A stretch of DNA of 64,000 nt from Bolinopsis microptera. Lineage: Eukaryota. A program made the position numbers and the translations under genes. Below the pieces are notes generated by a model. That model was given only the letters and a program-made list of their open reading frames with translations, searched no databases and was not told the DNA's origin. Of this stretch, positions 1 through 11,277 are shown in pieces (the stretch's first letter is position 1; each line of letters opens with the position of its first letter). Location of the stretch: positions 10,202,636-10,266,635 of the forward strand of contig NC_087073.1 in NCBI RefSeq assembly GCF_026151205.1, read 5' to 3'.

Positions 1-821
1 GAGGCCGAGGAAAAATCGCCATTCCTCGGTAAAACCGAGGCCGAGGCCGAGGACTCGGTCGACCCTTGATGATTTCTAATTTCAACCTTTTCAAATTTAG
101 GAGCTATAGGTACTTTACAATCTATCTCACACATAATAGCTTGATGATCCCCAATACGTTCATCAAGAACAGAAGATTGAACAAAATCTGCATAACAGTT
201 AGTGAATATTACATCAATAGTAGTCTGGGTAAAATTGTCTCCACGTTTAGCAACTCTAGTTATCCCTTGAATGGTTTGAACTAGATTGTAACATCTCAAG
301 GTCATATCTAATTTTTTGTACTGGGTGGATGAGATATTATTCTGGTCAATGTTTATATCCCCAATCCAGATAACCTTTTTCCCGTTCAATTTTTTCATGC
401 AAAAATGAATGTACTCAATAAAGTTATCAACACTGCAATAATTTCCAGAGCGATAGAAGCAGCAAACATTGATCTTGCTTTTCTTAAGCTTCACCCATAA
501 TGCTTCAATGTTATCAAGCTTACTATCCATAACTAATTCTGTGTAAGCTAGTTTTTTGTTTATCATTAAGCCACAACCACCCCTAGAACTGTTTGGCCTG
601 TCGCATCGCATAATGTTGAAGGAGGAAGGAATATTTATGGTGTCTGTGTCAATAGTATCATTAAGATTCATCTCATTTAGGGAAAGTATGTCTAGCTTAT
701 GATCTCGAATGAGTTGAGTAAGTTCATTACTTTTAGCTAAATTTAGGAGACCACCTTGAATGTTACAGTGACCAATGCAAAGGTTATGAAATTTGTCAGC
801 TGAGTTGTGAATATTTGTCAT
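1..821 (-). CDS. partial non-LTR retrotransposon ORF, AP (EEP) endonuclease domain; 3' part lies off-window past pos 1
   Basis: Reverse-strand ATG (rc of 819-821) opens a stop-free frame to pos 1: MTNIHNSADKFHNLCIGHCNIQGG..ILSLNEMNL..RCDRPNSSRGGCGLMINKK..VIWIGDINIDQ..GDHQAIMCEI. These motifs (N..E, RxDR, GDxN, DH) are typical of the LINE ORF2 APE domain. It is absent from the ORF track because there is no stop inside the window. Confidence 0.55.
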   Translation of the reverse strand, partial: MTNIHNSADKFHNLCIGHCNIQGGLLNLAKSNELTQLIRDHKLDILSLNEMNLNDTIDTDTINIPSSFNIMRCDRPNSSRGGCGLMINKKLAYTELVMDSKLDNIEALWVKLKKSKINVCCFYRSGNYCSVDNFIEYIHFCMKKLNGKKVIWIGDINIDQNNISSTQYKKLDMTLRCYNLVQTIQGITRVAKRGDNFTQTTIDVIFTNCYADFVQSSVLDERIGDHQAIMCEIDCKVPIAPKFEKVEIRNHQGSTESSASASVLPRNGDFSSA

Positions 822-1084
822 TTCACAAAACGTGTTAGTCGTTGTGTCTGATTAAACTAAAATCAGGTGAAAATTATCCGCCTGTAAATATTTTCAATAG
901 AAAAGTTTTAAACTTGAAATCAAAATAAATATTCAGGTGGAAATGTCATGTCGATTTCAATGGTGAGCATGGTACTTGATGTGCTTTGCTAGTTTAAAGA
1001 TACCATCGCTGTTTAGATGCACATTGTCTTCCCCAAATCTACTAAAACAAGATGATTTCCTAAATCCAGATCTATCACTAAACA

Positions 1085-2228
1085 AAAATCGATTCATCTC
1101 TGTGGGTATAAAGCTAACAAACAAAAACAAATTCCAGCAATCTTGGGTAAGAACGTATCAGACTTGGACCGCTCCATATTTGCATTGCCAGTCAGACATG
1201 GTGGCCTAGGTATCTCCAACCCAGTTGAAAACTGCAATAGAGAATTCACAGCCTCAGTCACCATCACAAAAGACCTCACAGACCTGATTATCAACCAGCA
1301 AAACACCCTTGAACATTACAACATGTCAAATCAAAATGACACTATAAAAAGTCTCAAGGCAATCAAGGAGAAACACTTATTTACGGTTAGCAAATCAATA
1401 GAGGACAGTGTAAGAGATCCCAACCTAAAGAGATCCCTCCAGTTCATCAAAGAGAAAGGTTCAGGATGTTGGCTTACTGCACTTCCATTGAAGAGATTTG
1501 GCTACTCCCTGAACAAGATTGAGTTCCGTGATGCTCTGTACTTGCGTTATGGTTGGGAGATCCCTAACACCCCATTTCACTGTGCTTGTGGAGATAGAAA
1601 TAATGTGAATCACACACTTATATGCAAGAAAGGTGGCTATGTTTCTATGAGACACAACAACATCCGCGATCTAAATGCAGAGCTGCAGCGTGAAGTATGC
1701 AGAGATGTAGTGACTGAGCCAGCATTGATACCCCTTGATAATGAAGAAATTGTTGGTACCAATGCTGATAGAGCTGCACCTGATGTATCCTCACGAGGTC
1801 TCTGGAGCACATTTGAACGAACATTCTTTGATGTCTGTGTTACCCACCCCAACTCACCCACATATGACAAAAAAGATATGGAACAGATCTATAAAGCTCA
1901 TGAAATGAGGAAAATGAAAAAGTACAACAACAGAATCATCCAGGTGGAAAAAGGCACCTTTACTCCACTTATATACTCAACAAATGGCGGATGGGGTCCA
2001 CAAGCCACAAGATACCACAAGAGACTCGCTGAAAAACTATCCCAGAAGAGAGGAGAAGACTATGCGGCTATTATGTGTTACATGCGCACCAGGATTAGAT
2101 TCTCAATCCTCAGGAGCACCCTGATAGCGGTCAGGGGTGAGAGAGGGAGACGGCAATCGTATACATTGCCAGTCAGTGTAACTTCGTTTAACTTGATACC
2201 TGCCACCATGGACTATGAATGTTTCTAG
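1085..2228 (+). mobile_element. 5'-truncated RLE-type (R2-superfamily-like) non-LTR retrotransposon fragment, pol C-terminus only
   Basis: ORF 1143..2228 (in-frame from ~1083) aligns to the C-terminal ~280 aa of the 842-aa pol at 41027..43555 (LPVRHGGLGISNP~LPLKNGGMGMPQL; CWLTALPLKRFGYSLNKIEFRDALYLRY~NWLSCLPLRKHGFVLNKSEFRDSIRLRY). It carries the CCHC motif (HCACGDRNNVNHTLIC) followed by RHNNIRD...PD...FDV, typical of the restriction-like endonuclease of R2-group LINEs. Confidence 0.6.
1143..2228 (+). CDS. pol C-terminal fragment (CCHC zinc knuckle + restriction-like endonuclease) of the truncated LINE
   Basis: ORF track 361 aa; homology to the 41027..43555 ORF as described above. Confidence 0.6.
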   Translation: MGKNVSDLDRSIFALPVRHGGLGISNPVENCNREFTASVTITKDLTDLIINQQNTLEHYNMSNQNDTIKSLKAIKEKHLFTVSKSIEDSVRDPNLKRSLQFIKEKGSGCWLTALPLKRFGYSLNKIEFRDALYLRYGWEIPNTPFHCACGDRNNVNHTLICKKGGYVSMRHNNIRDLNAELQREVCRDVVTEPALIPLDNEEIVGTNADRAAPDVSSRGLWSTFERTFFDVCVTHPNSPTYDKKDMEQIYKAHEMRKMKKYNNRIIQVEKGTFTPLIYSTNGGWGPQATRYHKRLAEKLSQKRGEDYAAIMCYMRTRIRFSILRSTLIAVRGERGRRQSYTLPVSVTSFNLIPATMDYECF

Positions 2229-3784
2229 ACACTATCCTTTTGATATTGAGATATTGGTATTTCAGATCACGTGTACATCGTTCCTTTTTTTACGACACAG
2301 TAATTTATTGACACTCACAGCTATAATTTTAATCATTGAATCAGTATTTTTATCTGTGCTCTGCGAATGCATCACATGAATCAGTTTTTTAATCTATTAA
2401 CTTATTACACATTTGTGCTCTGCTTTAGCATCACTTGACTATTTAAAAAAAATTGTTTGTTCAGGCCATGACCTTATAGTCAGCCAATTGGCCATTGCTA
2501 TATTATGTGTATATTGTCTTAGTAAAGCTTATACTATAAAGCTAACAAACGAGTATTTGGAAGGAATCTTAGATAAAAAGATATTGATGTCATTTATCAC
2601 TTTATTTCTAGCAAAACTTTCTCTTGGTAAAATGTTTATGATCTTAATTTTTGCAGCTGGAGCCCACGAGTGAAGTGACTGGATCAGATTATCAATAGAG
2701 CGATTGGTGTTATCAAGGGCCTTTGCTTTTCCTGTGAACTCATCGGGTGACAATAATCTATTCCTCATGTGTCGAGGACTCTCTAGGATTAAGTGATACT
2801 ATCAATCAAATGAATACACAGGCAACGGAAATGGTCCATGGCTACCTTTTTTTCAGATCTCAATAATGTGTTCATTTGGGCCCTAAACAAAAAAGTGCTG
2901 CCTAGAATGGCCAGGATATGTAGGACGTAGGTGCGACAACTAAAACAATGTCAATTCCAACTAGTTGTGAAGCTTGTATGGACCTTTAGAAGTCGTTGGT
3001 TTACCACAGGAATTGATGGCAATACAAAATAGGCAAGGAAAATTCATGAAATGTATAATAGGGAACTTATTAATTAACTGATTAATCCATCCTAATGAGA
3101 TATAACAAACAGTATAATTAATATAATAGTTCCCGGAGCAATTGAAAAACCGTTAGCGGTGCGAAAAGATTCTAAGGATGCACATCACGTTTCTTCAGGG
3201 GACAATAATGACTTAAATTGTAAATTAGCACTAAACCTACTAGATATAGTAGTCGTGCAGTGGGTGCACAGAGGAATTTTATTTAATCTCGATTCAGTAG
3301 GACCCATCAAAGCGATTCGAAATGTTGTGTTGATATTTAGAGAGGGGTGAAAAATTTATAAAATAGCACTAAACCCACTAAATGCTAATTTTAGTAAAGT
3401 CGTGGGTGCAAAGAGGAATTTTATTTAATCTCAATTCAGACAGATTATCGGGAAATCCGCGATAGCAGATAAAGTATGACAGGGAGTAACCCATCAAAGC
3501 GATTCGAAATATTGTACCGTAAGTGTAACTTTTAATACACGTTTATTGCACAACCAACGCTGGACATGACTAATTACTCCAATCTGGAATATCTCTTCCA
3601 AAACTGGGCTATTAATGCCCAGAGATTGCTTAACTAGCCTTCAGTGACTGGTAACGGACTTAGTGGTTGCCGGTTGAGACTTAAAGTTCAACAAAAACAA
3701 CAATGGCGAACCTAGCAAGCGGCCACGGTCCTTTCGGTACAAATTTTCCTGCAGCATAGTCGGGACGCAACCCCAGGCATATGC

Positions 3785-3981
3785 ACTCTTGTTATTTTCG
3801 CAGCTCTAATGAAAGCCACTACCATTCACACCATGGTTTGGTGAGTGACAGCTGCCCATCAATTTTGAAATCTGGGCCCAACTTGGATTCGAACTCGCAA
3901 CATATCACAATGACCCCTAAATACTTACTTGAAAGCTATGCTTCACGTTGGGAAGCTTTTTACTGGGCGGAGCTCCCGCCG
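3785..3981 (+). repeat. segment X copy 1 (~197 bp) carrying a tRNA-like T-arm motif on the minus strand; E is inserted immediately to its right
   Basis: Identical to 20740-20937. The rc contains gcgaGTTCGAATCcaagttgggccca (tRNA T-loop consensus), but I could not fold a cloverleaf, so it is probably tRNA-derived (SINE-like). Confidence 0.4.
3972..3981. repeat. target-site duplication GCTCCCGCCG of E copy 1 (partner at 11268-11277)
   Basis: Identical 10-mers abut both E termini. A single occurrence is seen at the empty site 20928-20937. Confidence 0.55.
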
Positions 3982-4367
3982 GATGATAATTAATCACTCT
4001 ACAGTCGACTGTCACGTGACAAAAACGCCGTGATTTCATTGGTTAACCTGATAACGCGCCGCAGATCTCTATAAACACAAATTATTCATCGCGCGTGCAG
4101 TAAACTCAAATTAAGTCCTAATTTGTTACCGAAATTTGGCAACTATCAACATCATGGCACAATTAAGTCGCATGCCCAGTAAATTGCTAATCAAATGTAC
4201 GGCACTAATAATACAGTCTACACTTACAGTGTATGAATTCATGAACAAATTTATTAAGGCAGATTGGTAGAACAACGATCGTAAATGATAATTTGTATTA
4301 ACAGTGGAAAGTGTTCTTAAGGGAGACTGTTGTGCAGCCATGTCGGGAGTTATAAAACACCGAACAC

Positions 4368-5400
4368 GACATTAAAAACACTTTCCAACTACAAAACTTA
4401 ACCACTAAACCAGCTTTGAGCACCATTTCTAGGTTATGAGACGGCTAAATGATGCGAATAATAAATCCTCAGAGCTCCCAGTACTCTACATTAAAAACAC
4501 TTTCCAACTACAAAACTTAACCACAAAACCAGCGAGATCTGAGCACTATTTCTAGGTTATGAGACGGCTAAATGATGCGAATAATAAATCCTCAGAGCTC
4601 CCAGTACTCTACATTAAAAACACTTTCCAACTACAAAACTTAACCACTAAACCAGCTTTGAGCACTATTTCTAGGTTATGAGACGGCTAAATGATGCGAA
4701 TAATAAATCCTCAGAGCTCCCAGTACTCTACATTAAAAACACTTTCCAACTACAAAACTTAACCACAAAACCAGCTCTGAGCACTATTTCTAGGTTATGA
4801 GACGGCTAAATGATGCGAATAATAAATCCTCAGAGCTCCCAGTACTCTACATTAAAAACACTTTCCAACTACAAAACTTAACCACAAAACCAGCTCTGAG
4901 CACTATTTCTAGGTTATGAGACGGCTAAATGATGCGAATAATAAATCCTCAGATCTCCCAGTACTCTACATTAAAAACACTTTCCAACTACAAAACTTAA
5001 CCACAAAACCAGCTCTGAGCACTATTTCTAGGTTATGAGACAGCTAAATGATGCCAATTATAAATCCTCAGAGCTCCCAGTACTCTACATTAAAAACACT
5101 TTCCAACTACAAAACTTAACCACTAAACTGCAGCTCTGTGCACTATTTCTAGGTTATGAGACGGCTAAATGATGCCAATTATAAATCCTCAGAGCTCCCA
5201 GTACTCTACATTAAAAACACTTTCCAACTACAAAACTTAACCACAAAACCAGCTCTGAGCACTATTTCTAGGTTATGAGACGGCTAAATGATGCGAATAA
5301 TAAATCCTCAGAGCTCCTAGTACTCTACATTAAAAACACTTTCCAACTACAAAACTTAACCACAAAGCCAGCTTTGAGCACTATTTCTAGGTTCTAAAAC
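4368..5400. repeat. ~119-bp satellite, ~9 tandem units, inside E copy 1
   Basis: The unit acattaaaaacactttccaactacaaaacttaaccac...cagagctcccagtactct restarts at 4368, 4488, 4611, 4730, 4849, 4968, 5087, 5208 and 5327. Confidence 0.85.
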
Positions 5401-7319
5401 GACAAAACGATGCGAATTATAAATCTCCCACTGCGTAAGCCGGTAAACTAATTAACCGGCTAAAAAAGCTGAGACGGCTATTATGTATTATCGTAACGAC
5501 ATGATCACGGCCGTTAAATGGCTATTAGTTGACTGTTCATAACAGCTGCTCTATATTTGTGCGCTCTATCATAAGGTTGTTTCAGAGCTGCTAAACTCCG
5601 GCTAATATAACAAGCCTTTTTATATAGCCATTTAAGAAGGAAAAATACTTAGCACTTTACAACCAACAATCACTCATGTTTTAAACCTTTATAGCGAGTC
5701 GGCATATTACAATTTTACCGAAGTCAATTATTTTTACTTGAAAAGTATAAGAGTTAAGACTGCAGAATCTTTAGTATTATAAGTATAAAAAGCAGAAAAA
5801 CACGCCACATGAGGTCTCAAAATATAGATAACAGTAAGATTTTTAATCTGCCTGCACGTGAGATGGGGGGAATGTTTTTTATTCTTCTTCTTTGCAGGAA
5901 GTGGTAACCTGTTCTATCCCTCTAGTTCTTTTTGTTGTTACGCCACTGCTTGTTGTATTTCCTGCTATCACTGGTTGTGTGTTCCGGCCCTGTTAGTGTT
6001 CTTGGACAGCCAGGACTGTTTTTCTTTGCTCCTGATAAGATATTTATGATAAGATATTTATGAAAAATAAAATAAGGAGGAAAGGAATTATTCAACGTTT
6101 CAATGTGACAACATCGTAATCAAACGTGGGATCAACAGAAATTTGACTCTCATAAATAATATTCAATTCGGATTTCAAATATAATAAGGAGCTAAATAAA
6201 GTAGTGTTTAAACCAAATTAATTGATGAGTACACCCGTCTTATTATATGCTATAGATTGAGTTATACAATATCAATATATACATCTATGCAGAATTTGAT
6301 ATGTATGAATCATGATTCCACCTAATTTGTGAACGGAAATTATTGCGGAATCGAAACTTTTTAAATACAGTAAAACCCCGATTGACCGCGGAGTTTGGGG
6401 GAAAGGAAACATCTGCGGTAAATCGGGGTTCGTGGTAAATCGGGGTTTTGTTTGTTTACATTATACTAATTGTATCGATGTAAATACGTTTGGTCAAAGA
6501 AGAGTCAACCTAAAAGTAACAATTACATGGTAGTTCAGTACACTAATAAATATGTTGAGGATATCAACCTTAACAAGATCCTGAAATCATTCTCAGACAT
6601 GTAGACTTCCTCAAGTCTCATGGAATTAAAATCAAGTCTGAGAATAGAAAGCTTCCATATCTGTATGGTACGACAAAAATGCACAAGGACCCTATTAAAT
6701 TTCGATTCATTACATCTGGAAGAAATAGTTCCTTGCAGCAGTTGTCTGTAGCTGTTGGATTATGTTTGAAAACGTGTCTGAAAGTTGCTAAAAATTATTC
6801 TGGGATTAATCTTACTTCGGAATATGTATTTTAGCATGACGTGTCATTCTTTTTGTTAGTTCGTTTTCAATTTTTGATCTTAATTTTAATTTTCAGTACG
6901 TTTTACCTAAAAATATCATTTTTTAGCTAGCAGAATGGTTTTCAGAGGGCATTAATGAAATGTACTATGAGCTGGTCCCAAGTCCAGACGCCATTTTATT
7001 CTTTGTAATTTTAAATAACACTGTCTAGTCATTGACTACTGAATATACATGGAAACATATGTGGTCATAAGCTATCTATACTATACATTGCACATCGTTT
7101 ATTAATTGTAATTAAAGCAAGTCATTGAATGTTTTATCTGGCAACAGTGCACTGGGTAGGAATGTGAGTGTGTACTGTGTATTTTTTGTAGCTCGCTCAA
7201 TGGTGAATCTTAACGTAGGCCAATTTTATTTAGAGATATCAATTATATCATAGCCAAACTGGGGAAGGTTTTCATAGTCAACTTAAACAAGTTGTGATTA
7301 CATTACATAAGCTGACGGT

Positions 7320-8548
7320 TATTTTCGATTTTCTCAAGATCTAACTGATAGAATTTGAAATATTTCCTTGTGTTTGAAGTCATATCTCACGTTTGGCACA
7401 TAGAAATTCGCGCAAACTTGCTCAGATTATCCGTCTTATAGACATGTGACTATCTGGAAAGTTTAAAGAAATTCTATCAGTTAGATCTTGAGATAATCGA
7501 CTTTCGTCAAATATCGTACCAAAACCGCCAATTTGAGATATTTTAATGTGTTTGAAGTCATATCTCAAGTTTGGCTCATAAAAATTCGCCCAAACTTGCT
7601 CAGATTAATCGTCTTATAACCATGTAACTATCTGGAAAGTTTAAAAAATTCTATCAGTTAGATCTCAAAATATATGCCCGCGTTCCGCGAGAACGCACCA
7701 ATTAGAGATATTTTCTTGTGTTTGAAGTTATATCTCAAATTTGGCATATAGAAATTCGCTCAAACTTGCTCATATTGTCTGTCTTATAGCCATGTAACTA
7801 TTTGGAAACATTTTAAGAAATTCTATCAGTAAGATCTTGAGATAATGGACTTTCGTCAAATATCGTACCAAAACTGCCAATTTGAGATATTTTAATGTGT
7901 TTGAATTCATATCTCAAGTTTGGCACATATGAATTCGCCCAAACTTGCTCAGATTAATCGTCTTATAGCCATGTAACTATCTAGGGGGGGGGGGAGCCAA
8001 GGAGATATTTGTAGATATTTGTAGATTAATGTAGAATGAATAATCCACGAAAAAAGTGGTTGACATTCTACAAATTTATACATTTATCTCCAAAAATTCA
8101 GTAGAATTTCTGGGCACATATTTGAGATTACATTTTTGTAGATAAATGTAGATATTTGTAGATTATTGTCAATGGATAATTCACGAAAATTCTACAAATT
8201 CTACAAATTTATACATTTATCTCCAAAAATTCAGTAGAATTTCTGGGCACATATTTGAGATATACATTTTTTGTAGATAAATGTAGATATTTGTAGATTA
8301 TTGTAATGGATAATTCACGAAAAAAGTGGTGAATTAACGTATCCAAATATCTACAAAAATCTACTTGGCTCCCCCCCTATCTGGAAAGTTTAAAGAAATT
8401 CTATCAGTTAGATCTTGAGATAATCGACTTTCGTCAAATATCGTACCAAAACCGCCAATTTGAGATATTTTAATGTTTTTGAAGTCATATCTCAAGTTTG
8501 GCACATAGAAATTTGCCCAAACTTGCTCAGATTATCCGTCTTATAAAT
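7320..8548. repeat. ~178-bp satellite, ~5 units, inside E copy 1; interrupted by a nested MITE
   Basis: The unit tatctggaaagtttaaagaaattctatcagttagatcttgagataatcgactttcgtcaaatatcgtaccaaaaccgccaatttgagatatt...cttgctcagatta.tcgtcttata.ccatgtaac restarts at ~7451, 7629, 7799, 7978 and 8388. Confidence 0.8.
7983..8387. mobile_element. nested ~400-bp MITE with poly-G/poly-C termini (GGGGGGGAGCCAAG...CTTGGCTCCCCCCC), inserted in a satellite unit
   Basis: It interrupts the satellite between aactatct and ggaaag. 'tatct' is present on both sides, giving a probable 5-bp target-site duplication. The interior is two ~130-bp subrepeats (tacaaat/tagatatttgtagat-rich). Confidence 0.5.
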
Positions 8549-8756
8549 CAAGAGGCTTGCATATAATGAACATGTTGACATGGGTGCAGAGTTGAGTCTG
8601 TACGGAACCTAGTAGTTTCAGTTCCTTGTTTAACTTGCCGTACAGCAAGGACATCCACTACTTTAGCCCGGCGAGGCACATAACTCACTCTACAACTCCA
8701 TGTCAAATGTTTCATATATTCATATATAGCCATGTAACTATCTGGAAAGTTTAAAG

Positions 8757-9328
8757 TCAGGGTCAGGATCAGGATCAGGATCAGGATCAGGATCAGGGTC
8801 AGGATCAGGGTCAGGGTCAGGGTCAGGGTCAGGGTCAGGGTCAGGGTCAGGGTCAGGGTCAGGGTCAGGGTCAGGGTCAGGGTCAGGGTCAGGGTCAGGG
8901 TCAGGGTCAGGGTCAGGGTCAGGGTCAGGGTCAGGGTCAGGGTCAGGGTCAGGGTCAGGGTCAGGGTCAGGGTCAGGGTCAGGGTCAGGGTCAGGGTCAG
9001 GGTCAGGGTCAGGGTCAGGGTCAGGGTCAGGGTCAGGGTCAGGGTCAGGGTCAGGGTCAGGGTCAGGGTCAGGGTCAGGGTCAGGGTCAGGGTCAGGGTC
9101 AGGGTCAGGGTCAGGGTCAGGGTCAGGGTCAGGGTCAGGGTCAGGGTCAGGGTCAGGGTCAGGGTCAGGGTCAGGGTCAGGGTCAGGGTCAGGGTCAGGG
9201 TCAGGGTCAGGGTCAGGGTCAGGGTCAGGGTCAGGGTCAGGGTCAGGGTCAGGGTCAGGGTCAGGGTCAGGGTCAGGGTCAGGGTCAGGGTCAGGGTCAG
9301 GGTCAGGGTCAGGGTCAGGGTCAGGGTT
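8757..9328. repeat. hexanucleotide microsatellite (TCAGGG)n / (GGGTCA)n, ~95 units, preceded by a few TCAGGA units
   Basis: Pure hexamer array. It accounts for the spurious 265-aa 'TLTLTL' ORF at 8548-9345. The array begins inside a satellite unit, right after ...ctggaaagtttaaag. Confidence 0.95.
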
Positions 9329-11267
9329 AATTGTCGCCCACCCATTTTACCATGGAAAATGTAGTCATAAGCTATCTATATATAATATTATACATTGCAC
9401 ATCGTTTATTAATTGTAATTAAAGCAACTCATTGAATGTTTTATCTGGCAACAGTTATTATACATAGTGTGCACTGAGTAGGAATGTGAGTATGTATTTT
9501 TTGTACTTATTAACGGTGAATCTTAACGTGGGCTGATTTTATTTGGTGATATCAATTATTTCATAGCCAAACTGGGGAAGGTTAAATAAAACAAGTTGTA
9601 ATTAAATTAAATTAGCTGATAGTAGAAACTTTTCGCAAATAAACTGTGAATTAACAGTGAACAGTGAACACATATAATTTGAGAGAGAATTGATTCGTTC
9701 ACCGGACACATACATTATACTGTCCAGAGATATTATGGGAGGTTCAAGCTTATTAAAAGATTCTTTGAACTTTTGAAAAGTAGCAAAAATTGAGAAAAAT
9801 TGATAATCTAGGAGGGGATAGGGAGTTGGTTCAAACATATAAGTAATAAAACATGTTTTATTTTGCAGAATTATACAATATGCATATGTTATCGTCTTCG
9901 ACTATAAGGGATGATGGGGCGATGACGTGATTATAATTATATATGATAAAGTTCCAGGTGATGACTAATTGAAGGCGTGTAAGTGTGAGGATGAAGAATC
10001 AGCCTTGATGCATGAGCTGGAAGGGTGAACGAGGTAAAAATATGTACATGGTACAATTTCATAGAAACTGAGAACAAAAATCCTTTACATCAGTACAGAC
10101 CGATATGCTTGCCTTCAATTACAAACCTTGCTTTAAAAATGATATTGTTATTCAAGTTAAAAGCCTTCGAAGTTTTTTAATAAACTATCGCATGATATTG
10201 TATATCAATCAAATTGCAACTCTTAAGTTAACTTGTTGTTTAATTGTATTACTGAGTCATAAATGAACACTTGTAGTACGTACCTATATGGCGGTTGATC
10301 TGCAACTTGTCCCATGCTGATGAACCTGATAATTAAAATATTTGTTGTAAATATCCATAATATTCACACTAGATTCTAGACGGCAAAGTTCGAATTGCAG
10401 TCGGAACTGCAGAGTGGAGACGTACATTTTGTTAATTTACTAAAGTAACTGGTAAAAACACTTCTATGGAAATAAAACCAGGTTATATAATAAATTTATA
10501 GTCTATTAAACTACATCGATAATAGTATATTATATGGATAACAATAATAATAATATCAGTTTCGGCTGCTCAGGTCAAAATTCGAAAACCTATCATTTTA
10601 TGCAGCCTAGATTTAATGATTCAAATAAGAAGCGCAGTGTTTCTAAAGTAAGACCGTAGACTTCTACAATAGCTGGATCAGCTATGGCTTAAGGAAAAAC
10701 AATATATGCTCTTCGCATAAAAAAAACACAATTAAAACGAATGCAAAATTTGTGATTCTATTTCTAGGATGACATATCAAAAATATTTTTAAATAGGACT
10801 CAAGCAATCAGGCGTAATCTAAACTATAGTTTATTGATACTTCAACTTGGCTTTGCTTTATATTAAAATCTCAGCATTTTGATCCAGCGAAAAATTCTAT
10901 TTGTACCTCGACTCATATGTCATACGAAACAGTACACTAGAAAATACGGCTCAACAATTTTAACTTCTGAAGGCGGCTCTGTATCATTCTACATTCTGAC
11001 AACAGTCCTTCTATGCTATGTCAACAATTTAAAAACCTATTCATTCAACTTATAGGATTTCAAGGTATTACACAAGTGGCAATGATGAATCATGGATGAT
11101 AATTGATTATTGACGAAAACTCGACAAGCAAGTTTGAAACCCAAAGTAAGAAATCGGGATCAAATATGATTGACACGTAACGCGCGCGTATAACATGTGC
11201 TTATCCAATGCGAAACTAAAAGTGGTGAAAATGGAAGAATCGACTGTAGAGTGATTTAGCGCGACCG

Positions 11268-11277
11268 GCTCCCGCCG
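11268..11277. repeat. target-site duplication GCTCCCGCCG of E copy 1 (partner at 3972-3981)
   Basis: See partner. Confidence 0.55.

Larger units (their letters stand above)
3982..11267 (-). mobile_element. element E copy 1 (~7.29 kb non-autonomous TIR DNA transposon, inverted orientation)
   Basis: Termini gatgataattaATCACTCTACAGTCGA ... TCGACTGTAGAGTGATttagcgcgaccg, i.e. 16-19 bp terminal inverted repeats. It is flanked by the 10-bp direct duplication GCTCCCGCCG (3972-3981 and 11268-11277). The interior is >99% identical (reverse complement) to 13439-20729. It has no long ORF and consists mainly of satellite arrays. Confidence 0.6.

Noticed and set aside
2529-2768. 79-aa minus-strand ORF (MRNRLLSPDEFTGKAKALDNTNRSIDNLIQSLHSWAPAAKIKIINILPRES...) that might be another retroelement fragment.
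   Set aside because: No diagnostic motif was recognised, and there is no continuation in adjacent frames.
3840-3960. Possible tRNA gene on the minus strand (GTTCGAATCC T-loop).
   Set aside because: The acceptor, D and anticodon stems cannot be paired and the T-stem is mismatched. It is more likely a tRNA-derived repeat fragment, so it is reported only as segment X.
4368-8548. Regularly spaced direct repeats (119-bp and 178-bp units) that could superficially resemble a CRISPR array.
   Set aside because: The units are contiguous satellites without unique spacers. The window is eukaryotic (introns, LINEs). They sit inside a transposon.
8757-9328. (TCAGGG)n as a true telomere or a telomerase-related functional element linked to TEP1.
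   Set aside because: The array is interstitial, inside a transposon, and 17 kb from TEP1. The proximity is most parsimoniously coincidental. It is kept only as a low-interest observation.
8548-9345. 265-aa and 267-aa ORFs (MGGRQLTLTLTL...), also at 15360-16163, and similar repeat-encoded ORFs (ELELEL 48118-48309; STNSTN / EFVEFV / LQTLQT 49067-49477; CPKCAPSVPQV 35972-36516).
   Set aside because: They are simply translations of hexamer, 9-bp and 11-bp tandem repeats. They show no coding signal beyond the repeat.
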